Below are positions 46,101-57,242 of a stretch of DNA of 64,000 nt, piece by piece. Position 1 is the first letter of the stretch. Every line of letters begins with the position of its first letter. The notes under the pieces were generated by a model. It was not told the origin of the DNA, did not search any database, and saw nothing but the letters and a program-made list of their open reading frames with translations. Source of the stretch: Gekko japonicus. Lineage: Eukaryota. A program made the translations under genes and the position numbers. Location of the stretch: positions 616,843-680,842 of the forward strand of contig NW_015163623.1 of NCBI RefSeq assembly GCF_001447785.1, read 5' to 3'.

Positions 46101-49100
46101 CCTGTGAGGTAGGTTAGACTGAGAGACTGTGACTCACCCAAGGTCACCCAGCATGGTTCTGTGGCAAAGTGGGGATTTGAACCTGGGTCTCCCAGATCCC
46201 AGTCTGACATTCACTACAGCATACTGACTCCAAAACAGACATAGGTGTTCTATTCTTAAATTATTAGCTCATTAAAAAAAACAACCCTTAAGACAGTGAC
46301 TGAAATCTTTGAACCACCTGAAGCTTGCCAACCTCCTTGTTAAGCCCTTTAGAGGGACACTAGGGGGGTCATACATGCTGCCTCAGCTTTGTGTGCTGGA
46401 TCCAAGATGGAATATGTAGAACAAATCTTTCTGTTTCCCTTAGTCCAACTCCCCCTGCACCCTCCCCAAAAGCCACCACTGAGAGTTTGGGGGGGAGGTC
46501 CCGAGAAAAGCATGCTATGGGCACAGATGCAGAACTTAAATTGCTCCCTCTGGCACAAGCTTTTGCTCTGCTTGTGGAACTTCCTCCTTAATATAAGAGA
46601 CTATATCTCATTTGATTCCTGTTTCATGCAGCAGTTCCTCATGTGAGATTCTCCAAACCTCAACAGCAGCTTTATGGGAATGTACAGGAACATACAGAGG
46701 AAATCAGAAAACAGGGAAGATCCACTACTGCCAAAAAAGCTTGGATCCAACCTGTATCTCCTCAGTATAAGAGCATAAGAAGAACCTTGCTGGATTAGAC
46801 CAATAGTCCATCTAGTCCAGCATCCTATCTTACACAGTAGCCAACCAGTTCCTCTAGAGGGCCAACAGGGGAGGCCGAGGCCTTCCCCTAATGTTGCCTC
46901 TGAATGTGAAGGTTCTTCTCAGTCACCATGGCTAGTAGCCATTGATAGACTTATCCTCCATGAATCTATCCAATCCCCTTTTAAAGCTGTTTATTCCTGT
47001 AGTCATCACTACATCCTCTGGCAGCGAATTCCACACTCTTAGTGTTTAATCACTTTCTGTGCAAATCACACTCTGAACCTACTGTCCATCAGCTTCATTA
47101 GCTGCCCTCAAGTTCTAGTATTTTGGGAAAGGGGAAAAAATTACCTTTGTAAACTCTCTCCACCCCATGCATAATTGTATAAACCTCTATCATGTCCCCC
47201 CCTCCCCTTAGTTGTCTATTTCTAAAATGAAAAAGTCCTGGACTCTTCAGCCTTTCCTCATAAGGAAGGTGTGCCAACCCCTTAAGCATTTCGGTTGTTG
47301 TCCTCTGTACTTCTTCCAGTTCTGCAATGTCCTTTTTGAGATATGGTGATCAGAACTGTACACGGTATTCCGAATGAGGTCACACCACAGATCTATAAAG
47401 GGGCACTACAATATTGGACATTTTATTCTCAATCCCTTTCCTAATGATCCCTAACATAGAGTTCACCTTTCTCACTTCTGCAGTACACTGGGTTGACACT
47501 TTCATTGAGCCATTAGCCTATACCTGAAGTTGGGATTTTTTTGTCCCAATGCACATCACTTTACATTTACCAACACTGAACTTCATTCGCCACAGTGTCG
47601 CCCACTCACCCAGTTTGTGGAGGTCCTCTTGGAGCTCTTCACAGTCAGCCTTGGTTTTCACCATCCTGAATCATTTTGTGTCATCTGCAAACTTGGTCAC
47701 TACACTACTCACCTCTAGTCCCAGATCCTTTATGAATAAATTAAATAGTACCGGCCCCAATGCCAATCCTTGTGGGACCTCACTGCTTACTTCCCTCCAT
47801 TGTCTGAACTGTCCATTTATTCCTACTCTTTGTTTCCTGTCATTTAACCAGTTTTGAATCCATAAGGGAACCTGTCCTCTTATCCCATGACTGCTAAGTT
47901 TACTCAGGAGTCTTTGGTGAGGTACCTTGACAAAAAGCCTTTTGAAAGTTCAGGTATATAACATCTACCAGATCACCATTCTATACATGCTTGTTCACTT
48001 TTTCAAAGAACTCCAAAAGTATCTGCTTATACATCTGTGTCCCTCCCTCACATCTGCATATCCCTGTACAGCTCTCCAGAGTTCTGCTAAGGGTACAGTA
48101 ATATACTCAATTTTATGGATATATGGCACCCTTGGATCATAATGACATGAGCAGTGTGTATAATTTCTAGTGAATCATTTGCAGATATGTGTGTATTACC
48201 ATAAACAGTGATGCACGGGTATGCATGCATGATAAACAAGATACATATATATATGTCAATGGGTTAACAATTATGTTGTGTACCCTGCCCAACAATTTCA
48301 TAAGTGATAATTTCTACTAGAGGAAAATCAAAGTTACTCCAGAATATAGCAGCAAAGTATTCAACATGGAAATTCAAAAAGAAGTAGAAAGGGTGGTCCA
48401 GAATTTAAGTAAGGAAAGGAGCCAAAGAGTAAATGCAATCAAGGCATTTGGTTTTGCTACAAAACACTGGCTTATTCAGAATCTGCTGGGCCTGTACTAC
48501 CACCACTTTATGAAAGTTTGAAAAACAAGACACATTTATGAGCTGTGATAAAGGAAATCTTTTGCTAGGTCATAAAAGCACAAATTCTTCAAAACTACTC
48601 AAAGCTCCCCCCCCCCTTTAAACAGAAAGCACAACTCACTGTAGTTCTTTGGAAAAACAGACGAAAACAGCCTCGTGGATCCACATTACAGCTTTTGGCC
48701 ATTTCAATAATGAACTGCATCACAACTGCTTGGTGGGCTACTTGCTCCATCAGAGCTCGTTTCTGAAAAAAGTCATGACCACAAAGCAGAATCAAAGCAA
48801 GACCAAAGCAGAAAGAACTGCCGCAATCCTGGTAGAGCATCAATTTGCAGCTCAGTAAGGATGCTGCAAAGCCTGCAAGAGGATATTAGGTAAAATAGCT
48901 GTTGGCCCAGAACAAACACTGCCATTTAAAAATGAATGTACCATTTCTTAAATGGCAGCTTGCACTTATAGTTAATACTCTAACAACATCAACCTTTGCA
49001 AGACAGGGTGGAAGATGGCATGGTACAAGTAAACTACTAGGTCCATATTTTAGGAAGTACCAGAGTAGGTCCTTCAAAATCTGGTCAATGTTATCCTCCA

Positions 49101-52100
49101 TCGATTTCATGATGGAGGAGTTCAATAGACAGACTGGCCACAATTATCATATGATTACAGGCTGCTGCTAACTTCAGAGCTCTCTGGATGTTGTATGCTT
49201 CCACACACACACACACACACACACATAGTTAATACTCTAACAGCATCAACCTTTATGCTTCCATCCCCCCACCCCCCGCATTAAGACATTAAGAAGTCCA
49301 GAAACAGATCAAAAGCTGGGGACAGCTGAGTTTATCTGTAAGGATAGCCTTGGTTTAGAATACACAGGGTGATGTGGAAGAACAAGCTTCCTCTATATCA
49401 AAGGAGGCCATTTTAAGTAATACCTGTTCAGCTTCTAGATGGAAACACCATAAAAGGAGATATTTAGCAGTTTCTTCACAGACAAGGTAGGGGTGTTCAG
49501 ACAGAAATCGCTGACTGTCAAACCATCTGCTCAACATGCCTGGAAAAACAATAAGAGGTGAGCAGAATAATTTATTATGCAGAAATGTTTTGATACAAGT
49601 TGAGTCCTACACTGGCTATCCAACTGTTATAATATGGGGGAAACTACATCACTGCGTTCTTCCTGACACATAAAAATAGCCTGCATTTAACCAGCACTTG
49701 AGTGATTTAAGTGAAGGTTATGGTAATCAAGATCACCATCAAGCTACCTGTACTTACCAAAATGCCTAATCTTCTGCTCATGTTTCTGAATGAAAGATTC
49801 AGATGCATCTTCTTCCATTTCTTTCCTTTCTTTTTGATTAATGAAGCTCTAGTAAACAGAATTTCAGCACTGATGAAACACCCAATATATCACAATATTT
49901 TAGTAAAAAAATCTTACATGGGAAAGCTATCATCATTCAACAGCCACCTATCAATGGAAACTATGCAGAGCACAAAAAAAGAAAAGGCCTGACCAGACTT
50001 GAGAAGCTAAAGAGCAATTTCCCAAATAACTCCTTTCTAAGAGTTGCTGTTGAGGTCAAGGGACTGGAGAAAACAGAATATTCCCTTTGCTAACTATTTC
50101 AGGTCCTGAATTTGCACTAAAGTTATACATTCATACACATGTGGTTATCTATTAAAGACCAAACGATCCAATCCATTAACTGGTTTAATTGTACAGACAA
50201 AGGATTTCCACCTGAAGAGCACAACTTTCTTGCCTCTTCCTCCTGTTGTGGTATGGAGCAGCAATTCGGGGCGCTCTGGGTTATAGTGAGAGAGCGGGGG
50301 TAAAAAAGTTCTGCTCCAAGGGTGGAAACAGTTCTGCCTATGTAAACCCTCCAGTAGGGAATTAATCTATTCTACCACACTGGCTAAAATGGCTCGTGGA
50401 TTGTATTTCATGCATGCTCTTGTGTTTACTGTACGAAGTCCATTCTCCATACAAGCACTCAACAAGATTATTTCTGGGAAGCAGAAAGATTAGCAGCCCA
50501 AACCTATGCAGAGTTAAACACACCCAAGGCCAACTGAAAGCAAAAAGCTTATCTGCACATAATCAAGCATAGGACTGTGCTATAAATCTTGGTAGTTATG
50601 CAATTAACATTTGATCAACTCTGCTCAAGATCACAGATGACAATACAGAGACAGGCTAAAGCCATCACTTGGAACAAAAGCCCACCTCTTCTAAGACTTG
50701 GATCAGTGCAACTGAAAAGAATGAAATATTTACCACATATCACATTTCTAGCAATTTAATCCCAACTCCCTCCCAACCACACCCTTACTGTCAGAAATAC
50801 AGGAACAGGATGCACAAAGATTCTGCAGTTATAGGTGCTATATGCCCACTTTAAAAATGCTCTGCAGTATCTATGCTTTACTTGTGCCTGTGTTTCTATT
50901 GTTTAGGAACTGATTAGTCCATACCTTATTAAATACTTCCTTGCTAACGAAATCTACATTCCACAGATCCTGCCTTTCCCGTTGCCTTAACACTTCTTCT
51001 TTCCGGCGCCACTCTTCTTCACTATACCTCAGCTCTGCAGCTGCTGCCTGCGCTTTGGCATGCTCTTGGTCTATGGACTCTGAGTTGTGCAGGGCTAGAC
51101 TGCCAAGTTTCTGCTGGGCTTCTGCTAAATTCCATTTGCATTCCACAGAACTCTTCACAAATGCCTTTTGTTGCTGGCAGGCCATTTCAATCCCATCATT
51201 ACAAATCTGCATGTTTAAAAAAACCCTTTTAATTATTTCCAAATAAAACAAACTGGTTTATATAACATCAGCAAACAGAACAGCTTCTTTAAAAATACTC
51301 TTGCATAAGATATTGTATACTAAGCAGTTACATAAGATTAGTGATTTGTGGTTATGAAATCACATGGGAAAACTTGTATACATGTTTTGATTAGAATGCC
51401 TCTCATGGACTTTTCTACCTAGATAGACAGTTACTCACTCAAGCAGCCTGACAGTTGGTCACCACTGCAATAAAGTGTCTCAGTGGCTTATGGCTATCAC
51501 ACGTGGACTTATAGCTGGGCTCTTCTTAGCTTTTTTATTCTAATAATTTTATGTTTTGATCTGTTTAATTTTTTATTGTGAGACATTACAAGAGCCCTCT
51601 AAGGTTGTCAGTGGAATCAATCTTTTGAAGTAAAAAAATATAACAGGGGTATAACAGAGGTGGCATGGACCCTTTCAAGATGTTTTGGCAAAGGTAACGG
51701 CTTGAGCAAACTGGCCTATTCTCATGAGCCTTTCTCAGGAGAATGAACCTATTCTCACTCAAGGAAAAGGTTAATTCAAAATCTGATACAGCAGTATCAA
51801 GATGCTAAAATTATCCAATCCAACACCTTTCTCAGATAGCAACTATTGACCTTTGCAAAGCCAAGGGCTTGTCTCCAAATTACCGTGATTTAAGAAGGGA
51901 AATTCTGCATGATTATTGTCTTTTCTAAAGTTCGAGTACAAAAACATCATTTTGTGTACACAAGGAAAGATGTCACTTTCTGACTGGCTGATACAACTCA
52001 GCACTACTCTTCTGAAATATACTGCCACTTTTCCTATAAAAATATTTATTCTGTGAATGTAGCACCAGAGACAGAAAACAGCCTCTTCACTACACATCAA

Positions 52101-54465
52101 AGATCACATTATTGCAAATCACGTTAACGAATATGGAATAAATATCACCTAGCAACTCTATACTCCTTTAGCAGGCAACAGAATCAGAATCCCAATTTTA
52201 TTGGTAAGCATACACAGATGGCGAGTACAATAAAATGTTAAACTATGTTTGTGTGTGCATGCTGTCAAGTCACAGCTGAATTATGGCAACTCAGTATGGT
52301 TTTCGAGGCAAGAGACATTCAGAAATGGCAACTCAGTAGGGTTTTTGAGGCAAGAGACATTCAGAGGTGGTTTGCCATTGCCTGCCTCCATGTCATGATG
52401 ACCCTGATTTTTCTTTAAGGTCGCTCATCCCAATACAAGCCAGGGCCAAGCCTACTTAGCTTCTGAGATCTGACAAGATCAGGCTAACCTGGGCTATCCA
52501 GATCAGGGTAACTAAACTCTGTTCAATGATCCCGAGTTCTATATGTGACTAAGTATGTGATCTTATGCACATTGACCTGGCACTATATCCCACTGAATAC
52601 AATGAGGCTTCTTTCGCAATGAACATACATGACCCCACTCTGCATGGCTGAAATTCTATGCATAGTATCATGGAAGCAGATCCCATTAAATAAAAGGGAT
52701 TCCTTCCATGTAAATCTGCAGGATTGGTCTTATTTATAATTCTGTATTTTATGTAACACAGACACATTCACACACACAGGCTGTGGGGTGCTCTATACTC
52801 AATGAGTACTTTTAAATTTCTTGTTCTGTGCCCATTCAGTATGCTCAAGAGAGAGAATTTGCTGTTCAACGCCCCCTCCCCGGATGAATGGTGTCTTGGA
52901 GAAGGGTTTTTCCATTAACAGACAGGAACAAAACAAGGAAAACCCTAGTAGGCCAATAATGGTGACAGTAAACAAGAACAGTTTCATTTTGTTTTTTAAA
53001 TAGCAAACATATCAACATGCTTGCAACCTTCAGTGACATGGGGGCATGTGAGTGCCCTTTAATCTGCTATAGAAATAGAAACAACATGACAGCAATACAC
53101 TGAAAACAAAGAAGGCAAAAGGGCAAACTCTAGTCTAGGAGATAATGAAAAAAGAAAAAAAGGGATTTCCATCTCTTCACAGTCATTCTGTCTCTTTCTA
53201 TAAGTCACAAATACAGCCAGCCACTTACTGACAGGCTCTCCCCACAAACATTTTGCAAACGATACAAAACTGAATTTCTCAGAAGGGTATTTTTGCACAG
53301 GTAATTCAGCTATACTTTAATAAAATTGTTCAAAAATATGCTTTAGTAAAGGGATAGGGATTGTGGACTGTATTACTGTGTATATGATGTACTGTAATCT
53401 GTTGCTGCATGTATGATCTTACTATATAATTTCTGCATTGTTTAACATACGTTAATACTTATTCTTGTTTCAGCTCTTTTTTCAGATTTCAGTAATCCTA
53501 ACCCTATTGTATCACTTTACATGTCCCATCCTGTTGACAGTATTCACTTACACTGTGTGATCTGCTTTGAGACTTTGAGAAAAACAGCCTATAAATAACA
53601 TATAAAAAATCAAGTCTCTGACAGTGAATGTGTGTGATGTTCTGAAGTAGAAACCACCAGATTAGAGTAATAAAGCAGATTTGGGGCCTTGACATCTTTT
53701 CCTTAAGAGCATCCAAGATGCAAAGGAAGAAGTCCAAGGCTGGGAAGGGGGGTGGGGAGCAAGCAGTGACTCATCCATGGGGCCTTGACCCACCTTTAGC
53801 AGAGAAAAACGTAACAAAAGAGGTGTCCTTTTGAATGAGAAGAGTTTCCTGTTTAACACGGTGTCACACATAGTCTCTCTCTCCAGCTCCCAAAAGCTAG
53901 AAGGGAGGAGACGGCCCGAACTCCCCTCCAGCCCATCATGGCTGCTTCTGACGGGTCTGTGTGTATGGGGGGGGAATCTGAGGACACAAATTCTGAAAGG
54001 AGGAACAAGAGCCAGGGCAACAGGGCCACGAAATGCTGGAGACTTGGGGAGAAGACACTAAGACGCCCCTGGTCTGCTGCGCGTTGCAAATTCACTGTGT
54101 TTCTGGATTTTGTCAGCCACCTGGACAGCAACGTTGGACTAAACGGCGGAGTGAAACAAAGCATTTAAACCGAGTAAAGGGCTAAATCCGTGCTCTGCCG
54201 AAGCAATCCCTTTGTGGTTAAAGGAGACAAAGATTCCATTCCTCTTGGGTACGATACCAGGGCCGACAGCCCCCCCCCCACCTCCCCCCGGAGCCTCCCC
54301 AACAGAAAGCAGACAATATTTCAGGGACATTGAATCAGTGCGTCTCTTGGGAAAGAAGTGGCGCTTCTACACGGAGAGAGAGGGCAGTACCTGCGAGTCA
54401 GGCGGCTGCAGCTCCTCTTCTCGACTCGGGCATAAATTAAGGGAGCGCGGCGGCCACGCCGCCAT
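40074..54465 (-). CDS. CDC37L1: Hsp90 co-chaperone Cdc37-like 1 (Harc); join(54465-54391, 51206-50925, 49848-49758, 49539-49424, 48762-48640, 44693-44529, 40157-40074), 311 aa
   Basis: CKWNLAEAQQKLGSLALHNSES, GMLSRWFDSQRFLSEHPYLVCEETAKY, VDPRGCFRLFFQ and C-terminal EPKMMDTV; 936 nt in frame; all introns GT-AG. Confidence 0.96.
40478..40705 (-). mobile_element. tRNA-derived SINE (Squam3-like); a similar copy is at ~45952-46228
   Basis: ACCCTGTGAGGTAGG...CCCAAGGTCACCC...CTAACCACTACACC, same family as 26711-26993. Confidence 0.75.
42700..43696. repeat. Tandem duplication of ~490-bp unit (42700-43190 / 43191-43696)
   Basis: Copies nearly identical apart from a few substitutions and small indels. 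Confidence 0.97.
43842..44225. repeat. Tandem duplication of 190-bp unit (43842-44031 / 44036-44225)
   Basis: Near-identical copies separated by GAGG. Confidence 0.97.
44529..44693 (-). CDS. CDC37L1: CDC37L1 coding exon 6
   Basis: MGEEGYLEAFKNELEAFKSRVRICSQSQNFQ...FTSFTQ; donor GTAGGT. Confidence 0.95.
44960..45380 (-). mobile_element. Probable L1-clade 3' end fragment
   Basis: Minus strand FVAIWYPVIDYL-type C-terminus, T-rich 3' UTR and AATAAA. Confidence 0.45.
46768..48020 (-). mobile_element. CR1 LINE 3' portion
   Basis: LPYEERLK..GLF, RLRGDMIEVY, KFADD and EVPQG-like RT motifs; CTTATGCTCTTAT tail. Confidence 0.9.
48640..48762 (-). CDS. CDC37L1: CDC37L1 coding exon 5
   Basis: KRALMEQVAHQAVVMQFIIEMAKSCNVDPRGCFRLFFQRTT; donor GTGAGT. 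Confidence 0.96.
49424..49539 (-). CDS. CDC37L1: CDC37L1 coding exon 4
   Basis: GMLSRWFDSQRFLSEHPYLVCEETAKYLLLWCFHLEAEQ. Confidence 0.96.
49758..49848 (-). CDS. CDC37L1: CDC37L1 coding exon 3
   Basis: SFINQKERKEMEEDASESFIQKHEQKIRHF; donor GTAAGT. Confidence 0.95.
50925..51206 (-). CDS. CDC37L1: CDC37L1 coding exon 2
   Basis: ICNDGIEMACQQQKAFVKSSVECKWNLAEAQQKLG...SKEVFNK; 282 nt. Confidence 0.96.
52250..52511 (-). mobile_element. 5S rRNA-derived SINE with an internal ~43-nt duplication
   Basis: Same family as 10420-10640; imperfect flanking repeat TAAACTATGTT / TAAACTCTGTT. Confidence 0.8.
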
Positions 54466-54760
54466 CCCCGCACTCTGTTACGACAGATAAAAATAAGATC
54501 CCCCTTGCCCTGATTCACGCTGGTACTGGGGACCGTTATGGATCCCACCGGAAATTGGCCAAGCTACTTCCACCCACAACAAAGCGTCCAGTGCTTATGA
54601 CTTCATCGAGAGGTCCCGCTTCCTGGACGTGTCACGTGACCACAACCGTGCGGACCTAGGTCGCTAAGCGACAGGAAGGCTCTAGTGCGACTGCGCGACA
54701 GACAAGCCTGGGCTCCCCCTGGGTCGTCTGAATAGCTGAAGTGTTTCCGATGAGACATAA
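54050..54760 (-). promoter_or_regulatory. CpG-island promoter of CDC37L1
   Basis: CpG-rich; GTCACGTGAC at 54631-54640; ETS-like ACCGGAA near 54547; X-box-like palindrome GTCGCTAAGCGAC at 54660-54672. Confidence 0.8.
54391..54465 (-). CDS. CDC37L1: CDC37L1 coding exon 1
   Basis: GGGATGG start in the CpG island; MAAWPPRSLNLCPSREEELQPPDSQ (WPP...EEE...Q as in mammalian exon 1); phase-0 donor CAG|GTACTG. Confidence 0.8.
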
Positions 54761-55249
54761 ATTTCGAGAGAGCAGATATCAGAATATTTTTTTAAATCCC
54801 ATTATTGATTTAAATGGTGGTTTATTAAAGTTAAATATTTTTTTAGTAAATGTTACTAGCGTTAAGACATATTCGGTATTATGCACTGTTCAAAACAGCG
54901 CATACTCTGAATAAAGTTAGAATCCAGTGGCACCTTTAAAACTAACAAAGTTTTATTCAGGGTGTGATTTCGTGTGCACGTCAGACAATGAAACAGAATT
55001 GCAGATCATTGTTGTTATTCCTGTCCAGCGTGAGCTGTGGCTGAGCCAGCGCTTTCTAGGTGTGAGTCAACCACGACTACTGAGGAGAGCTTAAATCATT
55101 AGTAATTAGTTTTTTTTAAAATAGTAGATCTCATTTTTATTTGGATTAGAAGAACTATATAACAATTTGTAGTATTGTTCGAATGTTTGTATTATTTTAT
55201 TGGAGGATGTTTGCAGATTGCCCTGCTGGTCTCTTATGCAGGTAACGAA

Positions 55250-55920
55250 GCGTTCTGCCATTCACTATTTAATCTTCCAAAACAGAAAATGTAGTGATTT
55301 GTGACTTCTAAAGTTAATTTTTTGTTTTAATATTGAATTTTTAAAAATCTGTATAATTTCTAGTGCTTCCAGTTTCTTTCTTTGTGCTAACAGATGTCGG
55401 TAGATTTTCTTGCTTCAGGTCTTCTTGTGGATGTTTTCCAGGTGTTGAGTTTCATTTTTTAATTCTTCTTGTATTTTGTTTTTGCATCTTTTATAGGCAG
55501 ATGAAAGTGCAATATACTTGCCTAGTATCACCGCCTTAAGAGAGTCCCATATCACCTCTAGAGGAACATCACGATCAAGATTAATGTCAAAGAAGTCCTT
55601 AATATCAGATTCTATTGTCGAAAAGGCTACTGGGTCTTTCAATAAAGCTTTGTTCAATATCCAGTTGAATTGCTTGGTTTTTCTTTCCTTTTTATTACGC
55701 AATCCACTGGAGCATGATCCAACCACTGCCTGATGCCAATAGATGATGATATGACTATCTATTGAAGACTCTGATATAAATAAGTAATCTATTCTACTAA
55801 AAGAGGTTATTTGGGAGAAAAATACGTAAAGTCTTTTTCTGTGTCAAATACTGAGAGTCACTCGTCCCACAGTTTGGCTTTTCCCGTGGCATTTTCCATC
55901 TCCCCTAATAGTATATTACC
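55250..55920 (-). mobile_element. L1-clade ORF2 fragment (end of endonuclease plus linker)
   Basis: DYLFIS, DHAPV, WILNKALLKD and IWDSLKAVILG motifs on the minus strand. Confidence 0.8.
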
Positions 55921-57201
55921 CACTCCATGTTTTCTGCAGTACGCACAAAAGGGGGCCTCCCATCATGCACTTTGTCATGAACGGAGCCTCTCCTCCCTTT
56001 TGTAAGCACCTAGTAAAAGCACTGCATGAACTAAGAATGCGTGTCAATCTCAACACACACACAGCACTCCCAGGAGGACTCAGATATGGACTATTTTAGC
56101 ATGTAACACCAAAAATGCATGTCTGAGCCTCTCTCACACTGTTTGCACCGGAGGTGTGTTAATAATGCAGGAAAGGATGCAGAAGAGAAACAGAGCAGTT
56201 TTATATTTGCATTCTAGGTCAATTTAAATCTCATGTACTAGAGCTCCTTTTTCTATTTTCTGTCAGCAGTGGTAGCTATATGAGCCCTGATTGCTCTCAA
56301 CAGGGCATTTTTAAAAAAGGACATAGGGTTAATAAATGGAATTGATCAAGAGGCCACTTTTATAAAGGAAATAGGGTTGTAGTTTATTTCACTATATATT
56401 ATCTTGTTTGTACTGCATTCCCCCCCCCCAATTGTTGTACGCCAGTTGTTGAGTCATTTATGATAAGTCTTAGATTGCTTGGTCTTTATGGCCCACCCCT
56501 TTTGTAATCCACCCTGAGTCTCAAGGGAAAAGGCAAACTATTAGTAAATGTATCTCTGAATGCTAGTTGCAGGGGGCAGGGTATGAGGTTCAGTAGCAAC
56601 TGCCTTATTGCCTAGCTTATTTAATTTTTTAATGACAGGATCCATTGCTTTGTGGTACCACCATGGTGCGAAAACATGGATCCAAAGCATGGATCCTCAG
56701 GATTTTTAGGTGGGGTCACCAACAAACCACATATCACACTTATGGTGACAGATTGCACCACAAAAAGCATGGGTCCATTTCTTGATGGCACCTCCATTGC
56801 TCAAAAACAATGATCCAAAGCTCTGGAACCTCAGGAATCCATATGTTTACACAGAGTTCCATTAAAATTCACTCTGATATAATACACTACATATATGTCC
56901 ATGAAATGGACTAGAGAAAACAGAGATATGGTTCTTTATGGGATCACTGTGGCAGAAAAACTGCACGTGAAAACATTTTGTCATTGAGTCTTATGATTTT
57001 TACATAGAGATAAGAGCAATGGCCAAGGTCAGAATGGTGGTTCAATGTTACCATCTTTGATGAGTGTGGGCTCCTCAGTATATGCAGACCTGATTTATAA
57101 TCTTTATTTGGAGCTTCACCTTTCAGTGCTACATATATAACCCACTTGGTCCAAAAAAGATATTTTATATTTACTCTTTATGTGTGTGTTATCATAATTT
57201 A

Positions 57202-57242
57202 AACCACTGAAGAAGGCTCTCTGGGCTGAAATGCATCTGGTT
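57202..57242 (+). ncRNA. Candidate minimal type I hammerhead ribozyme (Penelope-associated)
   Basis: AACCA-CTGAAGA-A-GGC(TCTCTGG)GCT-GAA-ATGCAT-C-TGGTT: intact core, 5-bp stem I, palindromic stem III. Confidence 0.5.

Noticed and set aside
53662-53871. Alternative CDC37L1 first exon (MDESLLAPHPPSQPW...)
   Set aside because: No convincing in-frame donor before the stop, and it lies outside the CpG island core. The 54465-54391 exon fits better.
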